A DNA stretch of 64,000 nt from Lytechinus pictus. Its lineage: Eukaryota. Every line of letters starts with the position of its first letter. Position 1 is the first letter of the stretch. Location: the NCBI RefSeq assembly GCF_037042905.1, contig NC_087245.1:30692001-30756000 (forward strand), written 5' to 3'. Below are positions 1 to 13,250 of this stretch, one piece after another. Both the position numbers and the translations under genes were made by a program. The notes below the pieces were generated by a model, which searched no databases, had not been told where the DNA came from, and saw nothing but the letters and a program-made list of their open reading frames with translations.

Positions 1-237
1 ATATGCAGTGTATAATAATATTTTAGCCCTTTGACCCCATGACCAAGAAAAAACGATTGCTCAAAATAAAGACATCAGCTAAAAATTTGAAAAAAGGAGA
101 CAGTAGTTTTAGCCTAACATGCCAGATATGGTCAGTTTTGAGAAATTCAAGTTGGTCTCATAGTGCCCAATAGCTTACTATCATAGATTTTGAGATATTG
201 TACACAGATTTTATTTAAGATGCACATGGCTTTTTAA

Positions 238-632
238 AGGTAAATGCTAGTTTTGGTAACGATATCAAAATGAGTTCGTGCAGAATCCAATGAAATGACC
301 ACCAAAGTGTCTGTTTGTATAAATAAAACGCATGTGCCAAAGGATTCTGGAAGAAATTGTGTAATTGCTGAGAAATCAGCAAATAAGCAAAGGATTCGGG
401 TAGAGCGTCGGGCCCGACGCTCAAAGCAATAATTATACACTGTCCCACGTGCGCTTATCTGTGTTGGGGAAGTTCAGTCTGAACATTTTTCAGCGTAGAT
501 TTCAAGATTTCACAAAGTTCAGTTTATGTAACTGTACCAGATCTAGATCCTCGATGATATACTGACAATTAAGCCTGGTTTTACAGACTTTCTCATGAAA
601 TCAGTGTTTACTGCAACTACTGGAATTTCTCT
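238..632. mobile_element. Kolobok-like non-autonomous DNA element
   Basis: TTAA at both flanks; AG..CT ends with degenerate TIRs (aggtaaatgctagt / actggaatttctct). Confidence 0.55.
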
Positions 633-2247
633 TTAAATGACATACCCTAATTGTAAAGCAACATATAATGACATATGTGACATTTGAATGCATGGCACCA
701 AATTCTACTTGGATCATTGCCACTTCCATATCAATACTTGAACCAAGTTTGAATTGTTCAAACCATTCTGTAGCTAGATAAACAGACAGATAACCCAGAA
801 GAATAATGGCTATGGCAACCACCTATGGTCAGTCGAAAAAAAAAAAAAAATTATTCACCAGTATTTAACATTTCCAAGATACAGTCCAGCATGCATCACT
901 TCACCTATAAAACATTTGTCAGGCATTGACTATTTGACTTCATAATTCTGATTCAATAAGATTAAAACAGAGAGGCTATACAGGGACGTGCCCCTTATAA
1001 TCACCTGAACTAGTACAGTGGGTAAACTATTGACAAATATTTGTGTGAAATTTTTACATATAGGTTCGCTTCTAATATAAATTGAAATTGTACATTTTAG
1101 GCTGTATCTATTAAACTATAATTGATGTGTCGATGACTAATTCAATAGAAAAGTAGAATTTCATATAAAAATTTAGTAAAAATTCCTTGGAATATTTTCA
1201 TTGACCTAAGCAACACTGTTGAATCACCAGACCACAGTATAGGCCTACTAACAAGCTTTAGAACTCCAGCAACAGGGCACCTCTGTCAAAGTCTGGAAAT
1301 GAGAAACTGTATATCTTGATCCCTGTATTTTCCACTATTGACCCTGGCTTAAAAGTGACTGGTCAGAAATTGCATTGATCAATTTGCTAATAGTTAATAA
1401 CCATTACATTAAAGCTTTATGGAATATAGACTTGTGCTTTCAATTTTTGGTTAGCCTTTCTGTTCACTGACCCCAAACCCAAAATAACCTTTGATATTGG
1501 TCTAGTTACCTGAAATTACAAAAAAGTAAATTTGTCAATCTTGTATAATTTTTCTCATTTGAGCTCTAGATAACTGGTCCCATTTAGCTCTTTGATCACA
1601 AATGAACCCTAAGATCTTTTTTCCACATCTAAAGTTTTTCTTGTACGTAAAGATATAAACATAATAAATTCTACAAATAAATCTTCAAGTTAAATTACAC
1701 ACACTTTGCAGCACTCACTGGAGTTCTTAGCTATATCCCGACGAGGCCTGGTGCTCTCGTGCTTGCTGCCCCGTTCACCGACAATTTAAGGGACAAGCCC
1801 GGTCAGCTCACTACTCACAGGAGCTCTAGCAAATGAGGACAACAGCTCCCCAACAGGACGCCAATCAGACCAGTGAGTGATGACAAAACAATGTTTAGAT
1901 GTGAACAATAAACAAGAATAGTTATTTTCTAATAAACCAGGGTATGGTTTGAGAGGCATAGCTAATGAGCAGGTGACAATCAATAAATTTGGCACACATA
2001 TCGCCTAAGATGTCCTCTATAAGACGATAATCCAATTTCTGAAATTGACATATAATAAATAGCTAATTAATTATGCTAATTTATGTTACAATAAAAGATT
2101 TGTTCTCATATTAAATGGGGCAAATTTTGTGAAGTGACTGGGGAAGATGATTCCACAACTTGGCCACAGCATGTGAGAAGGACCTATCACCCCATTAATA
2201 CTGATACAGGGAATTTTCATCAAATTTTTGTAGGGGTGAGACATGTC

Positions 2248-2580
2248 TTAAATGTAATATGGAGCCATCCTGTAAATAGCCCGATGGACGAGTAATACTA
2301 GTTTAAAATGGGATCTTTGAAGAGAACATAGCACTGATGTGATAGACGACATTCTAGATGTTAAAATAAGGAATCTACTGGAGCTTGAAAAGATTGTATT
2401 CTGCTTTGCTAATATCTGTCTAGGAATTCCCAAAATAATTATATTACCATAATTTGAATGAGATGAAATTAATGCATGGAGTAGTTGTTCACATGCGCTT
2501 TGAGCCAAGAGTTTGCACATGAATTCAATGGATTTGCAGCACTGACTTTGAAATACTTGTTACGCTAGGATAATCATAAA
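2248..2580 (-). mobile_element. L2/CR1-group LINE ORF2 3' remnant
   Basis: LLHALISSHSNYGN..ITSVL..FKLVLLVHRAIYRMAPYYI is typical of the decayed post-RT region of L2-like elements. Confidence 0.7.
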
Positions 2581-3589
2581 CATACAGTCCTAGAGAATAT
2601 GAAGCAATGTAAAAATTTGATTGTTGCAAAACTTGTTGATTTCAGTAGTAGAATTTGAGGATGGATTGCGATTACAATTTTCACAGTTCATGCATCAAAT
2701 TTTTGTAAGGGATTTAGTTTAATTCTTCTCATATTCTGCCCATAAACATGCAATGTACTGTAAGTATACCTGCAAGGAAGTATACCTGGACCTATAATGT
2801 TGTTTTTAGTAACCAGTAACGACATTAAAGTCCTATGAAAAAAAATCATTATGTATGCCAATGATACTGAAATTGTTTGATAAATAAAAATGAAGAGAAA
2901 ATTATTAAATGATTGCTAGGCCTAATCAAATAGGTTGAAATTTAATAAAACAAAATAAATGGTATTCTGTGCATTTGAAACACCCTTTATCTCTAATTTA
3001 GCGACTGATAAAATTCTTATAAGCTTTCTTGGTGTAATTATTTACAGAAAATATCAGTATACATGTAATATTCATGGAAAAACAAGGGCATTGTGTAAAA
3101 ATTTGCGGGGGGGGGGGGGGGGGGTGCTGAACAATTCTACGACAAGTAGATCCAGGGTAAAAAACCAGAGATAAAACGCAATCGTGAAAAACTCTGGAAA
3201 ACCTTTGGACCCACTTTTGCAGAATTGTCAACACAAAAAATGAACAAAAATACTTCATCAAGAGAAAGTTGCAACGCTCTATAAATTTAACTAAAATAAT
3301 GTACAAGCCTAATTACCACACCATCTTCAAAATAATTGCAAATCATTTCCAACCTTAGCACAAATAATTATTTACTTCTAGTAATAATGCCTTACATAGT
3401 AAAAGCATCCATCAATGAACACATAATTCATATTCAATAAACCGTCACCAAATAAATAATAGCTTGGACCTGCTGTTTGGAGCTACATAAAGCCTTCATC
3501 AAACACAGTAAAAAATACACATTTTTTCATTGAAAAAAGCATTAACATCAGAGAGAGGGAGAGAGAGTGAGAGAGAGTTTAGTCCATAC

Positions 3590-3758
3590 TTGGCATCACA
3601 TAAATACCAATAACTGTTCACATCGCAGTCCCCTTGTAGAGGATGATTCCAAGATCGGTGCCACATCCTTGTCTCTGGTAGACTCTCTGTGCATTCTGCT
3701 TGAAAAAGCTGGGCATCAGATAAGGGTGTGTATCCATGTTGTACACTGAGTGGCATGA
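3590..3758 (-). pseudogene. Decayed exon resembling the second half of a RIG-I-like receptor C-terminal domain
   Basis: cttttcacctgcag acceptor, phase 0 compatible with the previous exon. THPYLMPSFFKQNAQRVYQRQGCGTDLGIILYKG versus RIG-I [36 protein letters not shown]. Stop at 3620-3618. Confidence 0.55.
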
Positions 3759-5396
3759 CTGCAGGTGAAAAGTGAAAGAAAGCAAATGATATCATTCTCC
3801 CAACAGTTTCTTTTTCAAATACATTCATCTTAATACTATATACATAGGAAACAACTTAAAGTTTGCGCTGGGAACAAGTAGATTCGCGAACCATGAGTCT
3901 CGCCTGATTTCGCGATCAATAAAATATGCAATATGATCTTTTGACCCCCAGTTAATCATCCTCATAAACGCATACATGTGTTATTACCCAAGGATCATTT
4001 GCACCAAGTGATCATAATTGATGCAAAAATAAAGAAATGAGAGCAAGTTGAACCAAAACTTCAACATTGTTGTAACAGACTAAACAAACCAACAGTTTAA
4101 CAGTCTAACAGACTGGTCAAAAGACCAACTGACTAACAGGAAAACTGATCAATAGATCTCTGCCGAACTTTGTTCAGGCAAGACAAAAATGCAATCCTGG
4201 GCACCTGTAACGTAAAGCTTAGCGATTGAATGTGGAATCTGATTCTACGATTCATTATATTAATTATAGATCATCAAATGTAACAAAATATGTGATAAAT
4301 ACCCTTGCCTATGCCATTACCATGGTAATGTAGTTTCCAACACATTTAGAAAGTGAATCTTGCATGTCTTTACACCCAGATTAGTATTTGTTCCAACTTT
4401 CATGAGCACTGGCTAAAATTGGGGAAGTAGTTTGATCCATGATGAGTTTTCCTGGATTTTTGGCAATATGTGATTACCATGGCAACAAAATTCCTGACAA
4501 ATGCAGAAACGCCAGAAAGTGTGTCTTGCACATCTTTATCTCAAGACCCATGTGTACACAAAATTTCATGAGCATACTTAATAACATGAAGCAGTTCAAT
4601 CCATACATGTATTTTTACACATTAATTGTTGTAATATGCTGTTACCATGGCAATGCAATAGGTATTTCCCATCTTTGCCCCAAGACCAATGTGTGAGCCA
4701 AATTTCAAAAGAATTTGTTAAATACTAATTACGGAGTTCAAACCGCAAAATTTTAACCTAATTAATCCCAATGAATGCAATAATGTGCCGAATGAGTACT
4801 CCATGAAAAAAAAGACATCCAGTATAATTATTATTATATTTTGTTCATGAGACCATGTAATATGCCTTCAGCAACAACAATGCACACCAAGTTGCCTGTA
4901 TGGGGAATCTGTCAAATACCCTCTTATAACGCATGCAGTTCATGCTTACTATGCACTTTTAAGTTAGTACAAATGCCCTTACAAGGTGCATCCCAATTAA
5001 AACAAACTGAGAATTATTGATGATTTATCATAACTTGATCTCAAAGATCTATAATAAATGACTCATCATTTTAAAGCTTTATAGTCTTTTTATTCATCTT
5101 TCATCCATGCTTCAAGTGAGCAAAATTTGAAAAAAATGATACCAAGAAGTCACTGATTGGATGGTATTTGAATTTTCAAAAGAAAATCACATGACTAAAC
5201 ACATGTAACAGGCGTCAATTTGTTTTATTCACGCGCCCGATACACGCTAAATTAGGCTTAATTTATAAGGAAATCTGCATAGACCATGGATTCAACCGTG
5301 GGTTTTCAAAACCCCCTTTGTGAATTTGGGCCTTTAGCTTTTTAACCATTTTTTTTTTCAGGGACACTTAATAATCATACATACTGCGCAACTTAC

Positions 5397-5578
5397 CACA
5401 GGTAGCACATTTCTATGCATCTTCCTGACTTTTGACCTGAATTTGTGTAGTTCATCTTCCAGCAGAGAACAGATTCTTCAGTATCTAGCCCCAAATTGCA
5501 TGCTCCCAGTTGGGCGACTTCTGCCAGATGTATCTTTGATTCCAGGTCCTTGCTCTAATGAATGGGACTCTGTGCTTT
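5397..5578 (-). pseudogene. Decayed exon resembling the first half of a RIG-I/MDA5-like receptor C-terminal domain
   Basis: CGCAG acceptor, GTAAGT donor. Reads Y*RICSLL..VRKMHRNVLPV versus RIG-I CRKC..HYTVL and MDA5 CKNCSVL..EKMH. TGA (5480-5478) stands where the first Zn-binding Cys is expected. Confidence 0.5.
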
Positions 5579-5940
5579 CTGCGGATAGGAACAGAGTTTA
5601 CGTTATGTAATTAAAATGATGAGCTAAAACTTGTCATTTTAAGTCTATAGACTTAATTGCATGTTCAGAGAGTAGAAAACATGTAGTTTATCAAGGGCTT
5701 CTATGAAGGCTCTTACAGAACATGTTGTCTTTTCAACCATTCTTAAATTACATCATTTACCACTTTCTATTTATCTATATTTTTTCTTACTTTAATTAGC
5801 ACTGGAAGTAAAGCCTGAGTAATATATATGTAGTCTGCAATAGAATAGGCAACTAGACCATGGATGCTTTATAAATCAGGGGAAACTTACATGACCCAAG
5901 AGCCCTAGAAAGCTTAAAAAGAGCATCTGAAGTTCCCATA

Positions 5941-6254
5941 GGCCCGTATTCTGAAGTCAGGTTTAACTTAGACCATGGTCTAACTCTGTGCTAAAATTAT
6001 TGAATGCCAAACATGTCAAAATTTTCCTTACATTGCATATTTCTTATGCTTACTGTGCTCTTTCCTAACTCGTGAATGGAGTAGAAAGTTATCTTATTTA
6101 TCTTTCCAAAACAGGTACGAGTGATTTGAGCGAAAAATAAGCTGTTCTACATTTATATTATATTGTTAGAGATTCATGCCACTATTGGCTGTCCATAGTT
6201 AAACCACAACTTTAAACCAGAGTTTAAAATAAACCTGACTTCAGAATATGGGCC
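5941..6254. mobile_element. MITE (Harbinger-like), copy 1
   Basis: TIR GGCCCGTATTCTGAAGTCAGGTTT / AAACCTGACTTCAGAATATGGGCC; second copy at 17140-17451. Confidence 0.85.
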
Positions 6255-6415
6255 TTACGGTCCAATGTAAACTGTAATACAATGCAGCAAAGTGTGGCTC
6301 AAAAGTAGCCCCATAAACCTCTAATTTTCTGCCTGTTATAAATGCTATATTGCATCATCATTATATTCAAATAAATATGAAATTGAATAGCAAAACATAT
6401 GTATTTCTACATTAC

Positions 6416-6597
6416 CTAAGAGAAGGTGAATGTCTCATTCTAACATCCAGAGCTTGCACAGCATCGTGTGGTATATTGACTACTTCTCCTTTCAAGGCAG
6501 ACTCTGGCAGGGCCATACTAACTTTGCCTTCAAACTTAATGGAAGCTTTGAACATCCCGTCTTTCCCTTCTCCTGGTAAGGTCACATCTAGTTCCAA
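6416..6597 (-). pseudogene. AGO: Isolated Argonaute (AGO clade) N-domain exon, probably a pseudogene fragment
   Basis: LELDVTLPGEGKDGMFKASIKFEGKVS..VQALDVRMRHSPSLR matches AGO2 VELEVTLPGEGKDRIFKVSIKW..IQALDVVMRHLPSMR. 182 nt, CAG acceptor, GT donor, phase 0/2. I found no flanking AGO exons, and several conserved positions carry radical changes. Confidence 0.85.
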
Positions 6598-6959
6598 CTG
6601 CTGCTAGTTCAGAGAGACAACAATAATGAAGATTATTCTTTCTGAATATAGCTAAACAAATGTGGTTATACATCAAACAATAATTTCATTAAAAAAGTTT
6701 TTAAAATCAAGATTTTATTTGTTAACATTTAATTGAAGACCTATATCTGGCACATTTACCCAAACCTACATGTAAATGTAACTTGGTGTTATCATGAAAT
6801 CTGATTACATTAAAGATCACTAACACCAGGGGTGTGAGTGGTCACAAATAAAAAGATCTGAAAAAAGCTGAAGAGTGTTGAAAAAGTCTGAAATAAAAGA
6901 GCTCCGATACTTTTTGTACAGAGGAAGGCCAAAAATATGCACATGTGGGGCAGTGTATT

Positions 6960-7619
6960 ATTACTGTTTGGAAAATTCCCCTTCATCTCACTGGATTGTC
7001 CAGCTTATTTGACTAATTTCTCAGTAATCAAACTTTTCCTACCAGAGCTTTCTTCATTTGGACTAGTTGAGAGAAGGCTTCGCATCAGTCGCCTTTTCCG
7101 CCGCAACTACAGGAGACTTCTTCAGTACGATGTGAACACAAGCTTGGAATTCCTTGTCCCTTCCACTCCTCGAATCCTTGACAGCTTCCGCTTCAAAATG
7201 GCTTCCTTGTCCCTCATGGTGAAACCTGCCGAGGTGGATGGCTCAAGGGGCAGAGATCGGTGCACCTAGGGCAGGCCTGCTAGGGGTTTGTGAACTTGCA
7301 GGCGGTGCAGTGGAGTGGATACAGGGGATATGCTCCGAGAGGCATGGCTCAGAGGGATGTGGTTCTCAAGATAATCCAACCAGGTCAACGAGTAGCAAGG
7401 ACTGGAACGCATGAATGACTCAAGTTTCGGTGGAAGTGTAATAAAATTGCTCTTGACCAACCGGTCATTTTCCGAGGTTAGAATGGTATGGGTCTCTTCC
7501 ATGTTGTCAGGTTCCAGCTCTTTATGCAGAAATATTTGTTTCTTGCTTTTGCACCAAACTTGTCATTACTTTCATGGAGATGCTACCTGCAAACTCACTT
7601 TTGATGGCCGTCTTATTAT
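6960..7619 (-). pseudogene. Decayed coding-like segment with a broken C4 zinc-finger motif
   Basis: GC-richer, codon-like sequence after a ttgtag acceptor, with stops in all frames. HCTACKFTNP*QACPRC at 7312-7262 resembles a RanBP2/zinc-ribbon pattern. Confidence 0.3.
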
Positions 7620-8079
7620 CTACAAATTTTAAAAGAAAAACATAGCAAAGAAGGAAAAATCAATAAATATTAATGATCTCCTACTTTCCCAACCCCCACA
7701 ATTCCATCAAAACACATGTATGTATTCATGAGTTTATTGGTATATTAATGGCTTGACATTCTTGAATAGGGCCAGGGGTCCATCCTGTTATGTTTTTTAA
7801 TTTTTTGTATTTTTTTTTCTTTTATATACATGTATATGTTCAAAGAAAAATTCTTTAAAGCATTATTTGACTAGCCATCCCCAAACCAACAATAAGTCGC
7901 AAGGGAAGACTTCTCTGGAAATAGCAAAAACGGTAATTTGGCCTCCGAAAAGCAAAAGTTAGAAACTAAGCTTATCTGAAAGAACAATTTCTCTTCTTCA
8001 TACTGTAAAAATTTCAACTTGTACAGTAGGCCTGTTTCAGGTAGGCCTACACATGTACACGCCCGATCAAGTCTGTGCA

Positions 8080-8290
8080 CGTGTGTGGAATTCCATGACC
8101 ATGTACACGATACTCTAGAATGGGGCGTACTAAAGCCAGGTAGCATAAGGTTTTAGTCTTCCTTGGACAAGGGCTGATGTTTCGCTGAAGAAATGCACTG
8201 ATAGAGCTGGCTTTCTTGGTAATTGCTTTAACATGATGAGTCCAGTTTAGGTTGCTCTTGAGATGGACACCTACATGTAGATACTTAGCT
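8080..8290 (-). mobile_element. LINE reverse-transcriptase C-terminal remnant
   Basis: GVHLKSNLNWTHHVKAITKKASSISAFLQRNISPCPRKTKTLCYLALVRPILEY is a typical CR1/L2-group post-RT motif. Confidence 0.8.
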
Positions 8291-10249
8291 GTGTCATGTT
8301 ATGTTCTTATGGAAATGTTTATTCTGTCATTATTTTTATTTTTATTCCATCTCTGGGTGTCTCCAAGAGAAGAAGCACAATGCACATGTGCGTTCCATGA
8401 CGTATGACATATTTTCTATTCATGAATTCAGAGCCCAAAGTTGGGCACAAACGAGCTTCAAATTGATAGAAAAAAATATCAAACATAACTTTCTCTCTTT
8501 TGTAATGTAAAATGTTATTATATGGTGATATAACAATATTGAAAAGAGTTTCTGCATGTTGACAATGTTCGAGAATCAATACTGTCGTGATAATCTTTTT
8601 TTTTAGACAAGAGCACTCACATCGATCATGATGTGATGTCCATCATTAAAGATTTAAACGAAATACAAATGTTTCACATCAAGCTCTAAATTCATATTAA
8701 TGATTATCATATGCAAATTATTGTTAAATATTACAATTAAATAATGTTCTATGGTCATGATATTAATATTGTTCATGAAAGCAAGGTTTATTTTACGTTG
8801 ATCGTGTCAATTTTCTAGTTTGATTAAAGCACAGTACCGGCATGCGCGATCAATGGCAATAACTTCTATACATGAATTCATCATCTCAGCAAGATCGAGC
8901 AGATGAGTAAGACTTGAACTCTGATTGAAATAAACTTCAAATTAATGTTGAGTAGGCATCATAATTACACAGTCGGTTTCATTTTTGGGGGAATATAAAT
9001 CAAGTAAGCAGTAGTCAAGTTAGACATTACGGGCGATTCCACACTAGAACTTCAAAAATATCATAAATTTCAACATGCTTTCAATAAGTCATTAGTAGTG
9101 TAATATTTTTCTATGATACCTAAATTTTATGAAAATTATGGGTTTTAACCAACAGTGAAGTCAGATATATATTTTTTGGGGGGAAACAATGGCATTTTCA
9201 ATTTTCAATAATTTTGCTAAATAAATAGTAAAGTACAAACACTGCCTGAAACGATTATCGGTAATAAAGCACGAGAAGATTGAAAATATTGCGGGTCAAT
9301 GGAATAATGTATCATTGATGGTTCCAAATAATATCTACAACATTTCCACGATCCATAATAGGGGCAGCCCTGATTTTTCTGAACCCATTTTTGACAATGT
9401 CCCGTACGACACATGAAAATGCAAAAGTTTTTGCTACAATCTTATTTTTGATGATGCAATTTCACGATATCAGTTTCTCTATCTTTGACCCATGGGTGAT
9501 CGATTTATCCCATAAGGATCTAATTACTGCCCTTCATTTTTCAATAATTGTCCTATTAAAAGTTGTCCCGTACGACACACAATATATACTGCATTTAATT
9601 GCAGGATTTGGATTCAGAAACTATAAATAGTAGGCCTATTTTAATTTAAGTAATTGATTTGACATAAAGTGAACTGAAAAAGTACTTTATTTATCGACAT
9701 AGAACATGAAATAGGTGATTCTAACCATTTTAATTGACTTCATGTAGGCTTATTCTTTTGTGAATCCCTTCAGCTAAACTGGTGATTTTCAGTGGTCAGA
9801 GCAGGTTAATTTCTTTGTCATTGAGCATGAAAAGAAAACATTAATGATTGATTCACCCTAGCCTGGAAGATGACTTCCTCTTGCATGCTAATGTGAAATT
9901 ATTATAAGATGTAAAAAAAAATATTCACTTATCAATCATCTATGTGGACTTTCCTTGATGATCACTAAATTTTTTATATACAGTATTGAAACTCCTTACT
10001 TTTTTAAGTTGTGAAAAAAAATCTGGAAAATAAGACAAACCATGTTGTTCAAAAAAATATCTGGAAAATAATACAAATCATATGGTTTCATGAAATGCAG
10101 AAAGGATTGAAAAAGTAGAATCGCATTTCTTTAGAAAAAAATATTTTGTGGAATTTCAAGTGACAGTTGTGACATATCATGTACATTGTATATATACATT
10201 TTATATGAAAAATCATAACATTTTTGCCCCATAATTTACACAAACAGTT

Positions 10250-10885
10250 TCATTCTTTCCTAGCTTTCTTTTCTGATACTTTCTCTCTGTTGATTTCTCT
10301 TACTTTCCTTCTTTTTTAACTTTCCTTTTTTTATTTCCTTCATTCTCTCTTTCTTTTTCCTTAAACTTTTCTTTGCTTCCTACTCCTATTATTTTTTCTT
10401 TTTTTCATTTTCTCTTCCCTCCCTTCATCTTTTCTTTCATTCTTTTTCTTTTTTCCTTTCTTATTCTTTTCCCTAATTATTCATTCTTTCCCTTCCTTCC
10501 TTTTAACCTTTCTGCTTTATCATCTTTCTTTCTTTCAAAGAATGAAGGAAACATTTCTTTCCTTCAGTATTTTTCTTCCTCCCATTTTCTTACTTTCTTT
10601 TTTCCTTTCTCTCCTTTATCTTGTTCACACATTCATTCATCTTCCCTTCCTTTCTTTTTCTTTCCTCTTTCTTGTTTTTATTCATTTCAAAGAATGACAG
10701 AAACCCTTTTTCTTTCTTTTATTTTCTTTCATCCGATCTTTTATTATAACTTTATTTTTTCCCCTTCATTTTCTTTTCTTCGTTTCCCCCTTATTTTAAT
10801 TTTGTTTTTCTTTCCTCTCCATTCATCTCTTTTCTTTCTCTCCTTCATTCTTTCATTCGCCCTTCCTTTCATTTTCTTTTCTGAC
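10250..10885. repeat. Pyrimidine-rich low-complexity tract
   Basis: Almost entirely T/C with an internal short duplication; source of a spurious Phe-rich ORF. Confidence 0.9.
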
Positions 10886-11367
10886 ATATTGTGTAGCCCT
10901 CTTTGTTTTTTCATTAGTGGCTCGGTCAAACCGGCTTGGCCTTGGTCGATCCGCTTGTGCATCGTGCTTTGTCCCGTATTTCATTTTGTGAAATCTGGTC
11001 ACCCTGATACCAATTCAATTTGAAATGACCACCCTGAGAAAATTACGTATGATATTCATTTCCATTTATTTCAGCTGTCTGAATAAACAATGGCTTCTAT
11101 TCACATAACGAGCGCATTCATCTTTTTATTCACCACACAGGCACTTACGCAGAGCCTCCGAGACTCGAGAGCGCCAGGCCTTTGCCCGGGCGCAGCCCGT
11201 GTGCTCTCTGGCCGGGTTACGATTACAAATTATACAATGGCACAAGTCCCGTCCACAGTCACTAGAAATTATCAAATTATCATACTTAAATCTCATGAAA
11301 ATACAAGGAAAAGCTTATTTAAACAAAATAAATATTTGAATTTAAGATTAAATGCTCATTTACTCAC

Positions 11368-11540
11368 ATCATCGGGACTGTTTGCAAAATTTAGACAAAA
11401 ATCGATGGCATCGTCGGACAGGATCCTAACTAAATATTAACACTGAAAATTCACTAAGCCAAAAGCGCCCTCAACTGGTACGGTCAATGCATCGAAATCT
11501 CCGCCTGCGCTGCGCCTGTACTGTACTGTGACGTCAGTCT
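11368..11540 (-). promoter_or_regulatory. Candidate promoter and first exon of a minus-strand transcript covering the left part of the window
   Basis: CpG-enriched patch, full CRE TGACGTCA at 11529-11536, GTGAGT donor on - at 11367. Confidence 0.45.
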
Positions 11541-11669
11541 CCAAATAATTGAACAGAATAGGACGAGAAAATATTACAAGATAAAAGAACAATCAAAGAT
11601 AGCCCAAAATAAGTTTAGGTGAAGAAGGAAAGAACCCCCCCCCAAAAAAAAAGGGGGGGGGGACAATGC

Positions 11670-12846
11670 CAGGGGCGGATCCAGCTTTCGCCAATAGGGG
11701 GGGCCGAAAAATATTTTCATCAACATTTTTCTCGATTGGCCGCTATAATCTGATTTTTTTTTTTTTGGGGGGGGGGTTCAGGGGGTAGTCCTAACTAGAG
11801 ACTGAAGTTTTAAGTATATGTTAGTTTTTATTGTTATAAACAAGATAAGGTATATCATGTGGTCTTAATATATAATGCGAGCGCGAAGCGCGAGCTCAAA
11901 TTCTTTGATATTTTATGTCCTTAGACCTAAAGATTCTGAGGAGAATTTATAATCATGAAAAAGTATCCAACTAAACAATGCGAGCGCGAAGCGCGAGCCG
12001 AAATTTTATCATAGTAACGTGAAAAGGGAATCAATTAGGATTGTTTTTAGTGATTAATGAAGAGGATACAAGTATCACCAATTAAATAATGAGAGTGCGA
12101 AGCGCGAGCTCAAAATTTTTGATATTCCGACCTGAAAACTGGACAGTCTAAGCGCGTTTTTATTTAAATACAGAAAAAGCTGTGTGTCTCAAACAATTAA
12201 ATGCGAGCGCGAAGCACAAGCTCAATTTTTTTTATATACTGACATGATAAAGGAGCATTTTGACAAATTTTGGTAAGAATTTCCAAAGAGGATAGGTAAC
12301 TCACAAATCAAACAATGCGAGCGCGCAGCGCGAGCTGAAAATTTTGATATAAACAATTTGTGTAAAATAAACAAAGTAATTAAAGCTTGATGTGCGAGCT
12401 AAAATATTGTGTGCAAATTGATTTCAGATCTGGATATATAAGTGTCATTTAATCCTCTTGAATGGGATTCATTGGCACAGGCAATGCGAGCGCGAAGCGC
12501 GAGCGAAATTTTTTATATAAAGTTCTTTTTCCAATTCTTCCCCTCACCCTTTTTTTCTTTCCTTTCGGGGTCGGGCCGGCCGTTACGAGGTTGTAAATTA
12601 CACATCCTGGGTATGATACCTCTTTCCTACTTTTCTTTAGTGTTTTTCCTATAGTACACTTTTTCTGCAGGTTGTCAAAAAATAGGGGGGGCCGGGGCCG
12701 TTACGAGGTTGTAAATTACACATCCTGGGTATGATACCTCTTTCCTACTTTTCTTTAGTGTTTTTCCTATAGTACACTTTTTCTGCAGGTTGTCAAAAAA
12801 TAGGGGGGGCCGGGGCCGGCTCGGCCCCCTCCTGGATCCGCGCCTG
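11670..12846. mobile_element. Non-autonomous TIR element with GCGAGCGCGAAGCGCGAGC internal repeats
   Basis: CAGGGGCGGATCCAG..CTGGATCCGCGCCTG, 5-bp TSD AATGC, internal ~118-bp perfect tandem duplication near 12578-12818. Related copy from 62512 onward. Confidence 0.85.
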
Positions 12847-13085
12847 AATGCAATTCAAAGAAGATAAGCGATTGATTTGTGTTTTATTACAATAGTCTCT
12901 CATATAAAAGGAGAGCGCCGTAACTGAAACCATAAACCAGGGAAGGGGACCATGAAATATTTGTTATCAAATAAAACAGTAATCATCAACTGATTTTCAA
13001 ATTACGGTGATTTCGGACCAATAATTCATTACAGATAATCTCAGCAGGTTTCGAAATTATTATGCTTTATTATATCGTGCTTATA

Positions 13086-13250
13086 CAGGGGCCGCGGAAC
13101 GGTTTTCAAAGTGGGGGGGGGGGGGGCTGACCATGCAAAAAATCACAATCATGTGGTCATTTTTACGATTTTGTACATGGTTTTGGAAAAAAGTGGGGGG
13201 GGGGGGCTGAAGCCCCCCCAGCCCCCCCCCCCCCGCTTCCGCGGCCCCTG
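13086..13250. mobile_element. Short GC-rich MITE with 5-bp TSD
   Basis: CAGGGGCCGCGGAA..TTCCGCGGCCCCTG, TSD TTATA. Other copies at 28491-28672 (TSD GATGA) and 33515-33694 (TSD CAATA). Confidence 0.85.

Noticed and set aside
1600..2000. Possible solo LTR or AGO YTPVG-like exon
   Set aside because: No clear TG..CA ends or TSD, and the RPVG peptide has no further AGO similarity.
7411..7632. FDGR (+) and PVGQEQ (-) peptides resembling Argonaute motifs
   Set aside because: Wrong strand or order and no extended similarity; treated as chance matches.
10373..11023. 216-aa Phe-rich ORF
   Set aside because: Translation of a T/C low-complexity tract.
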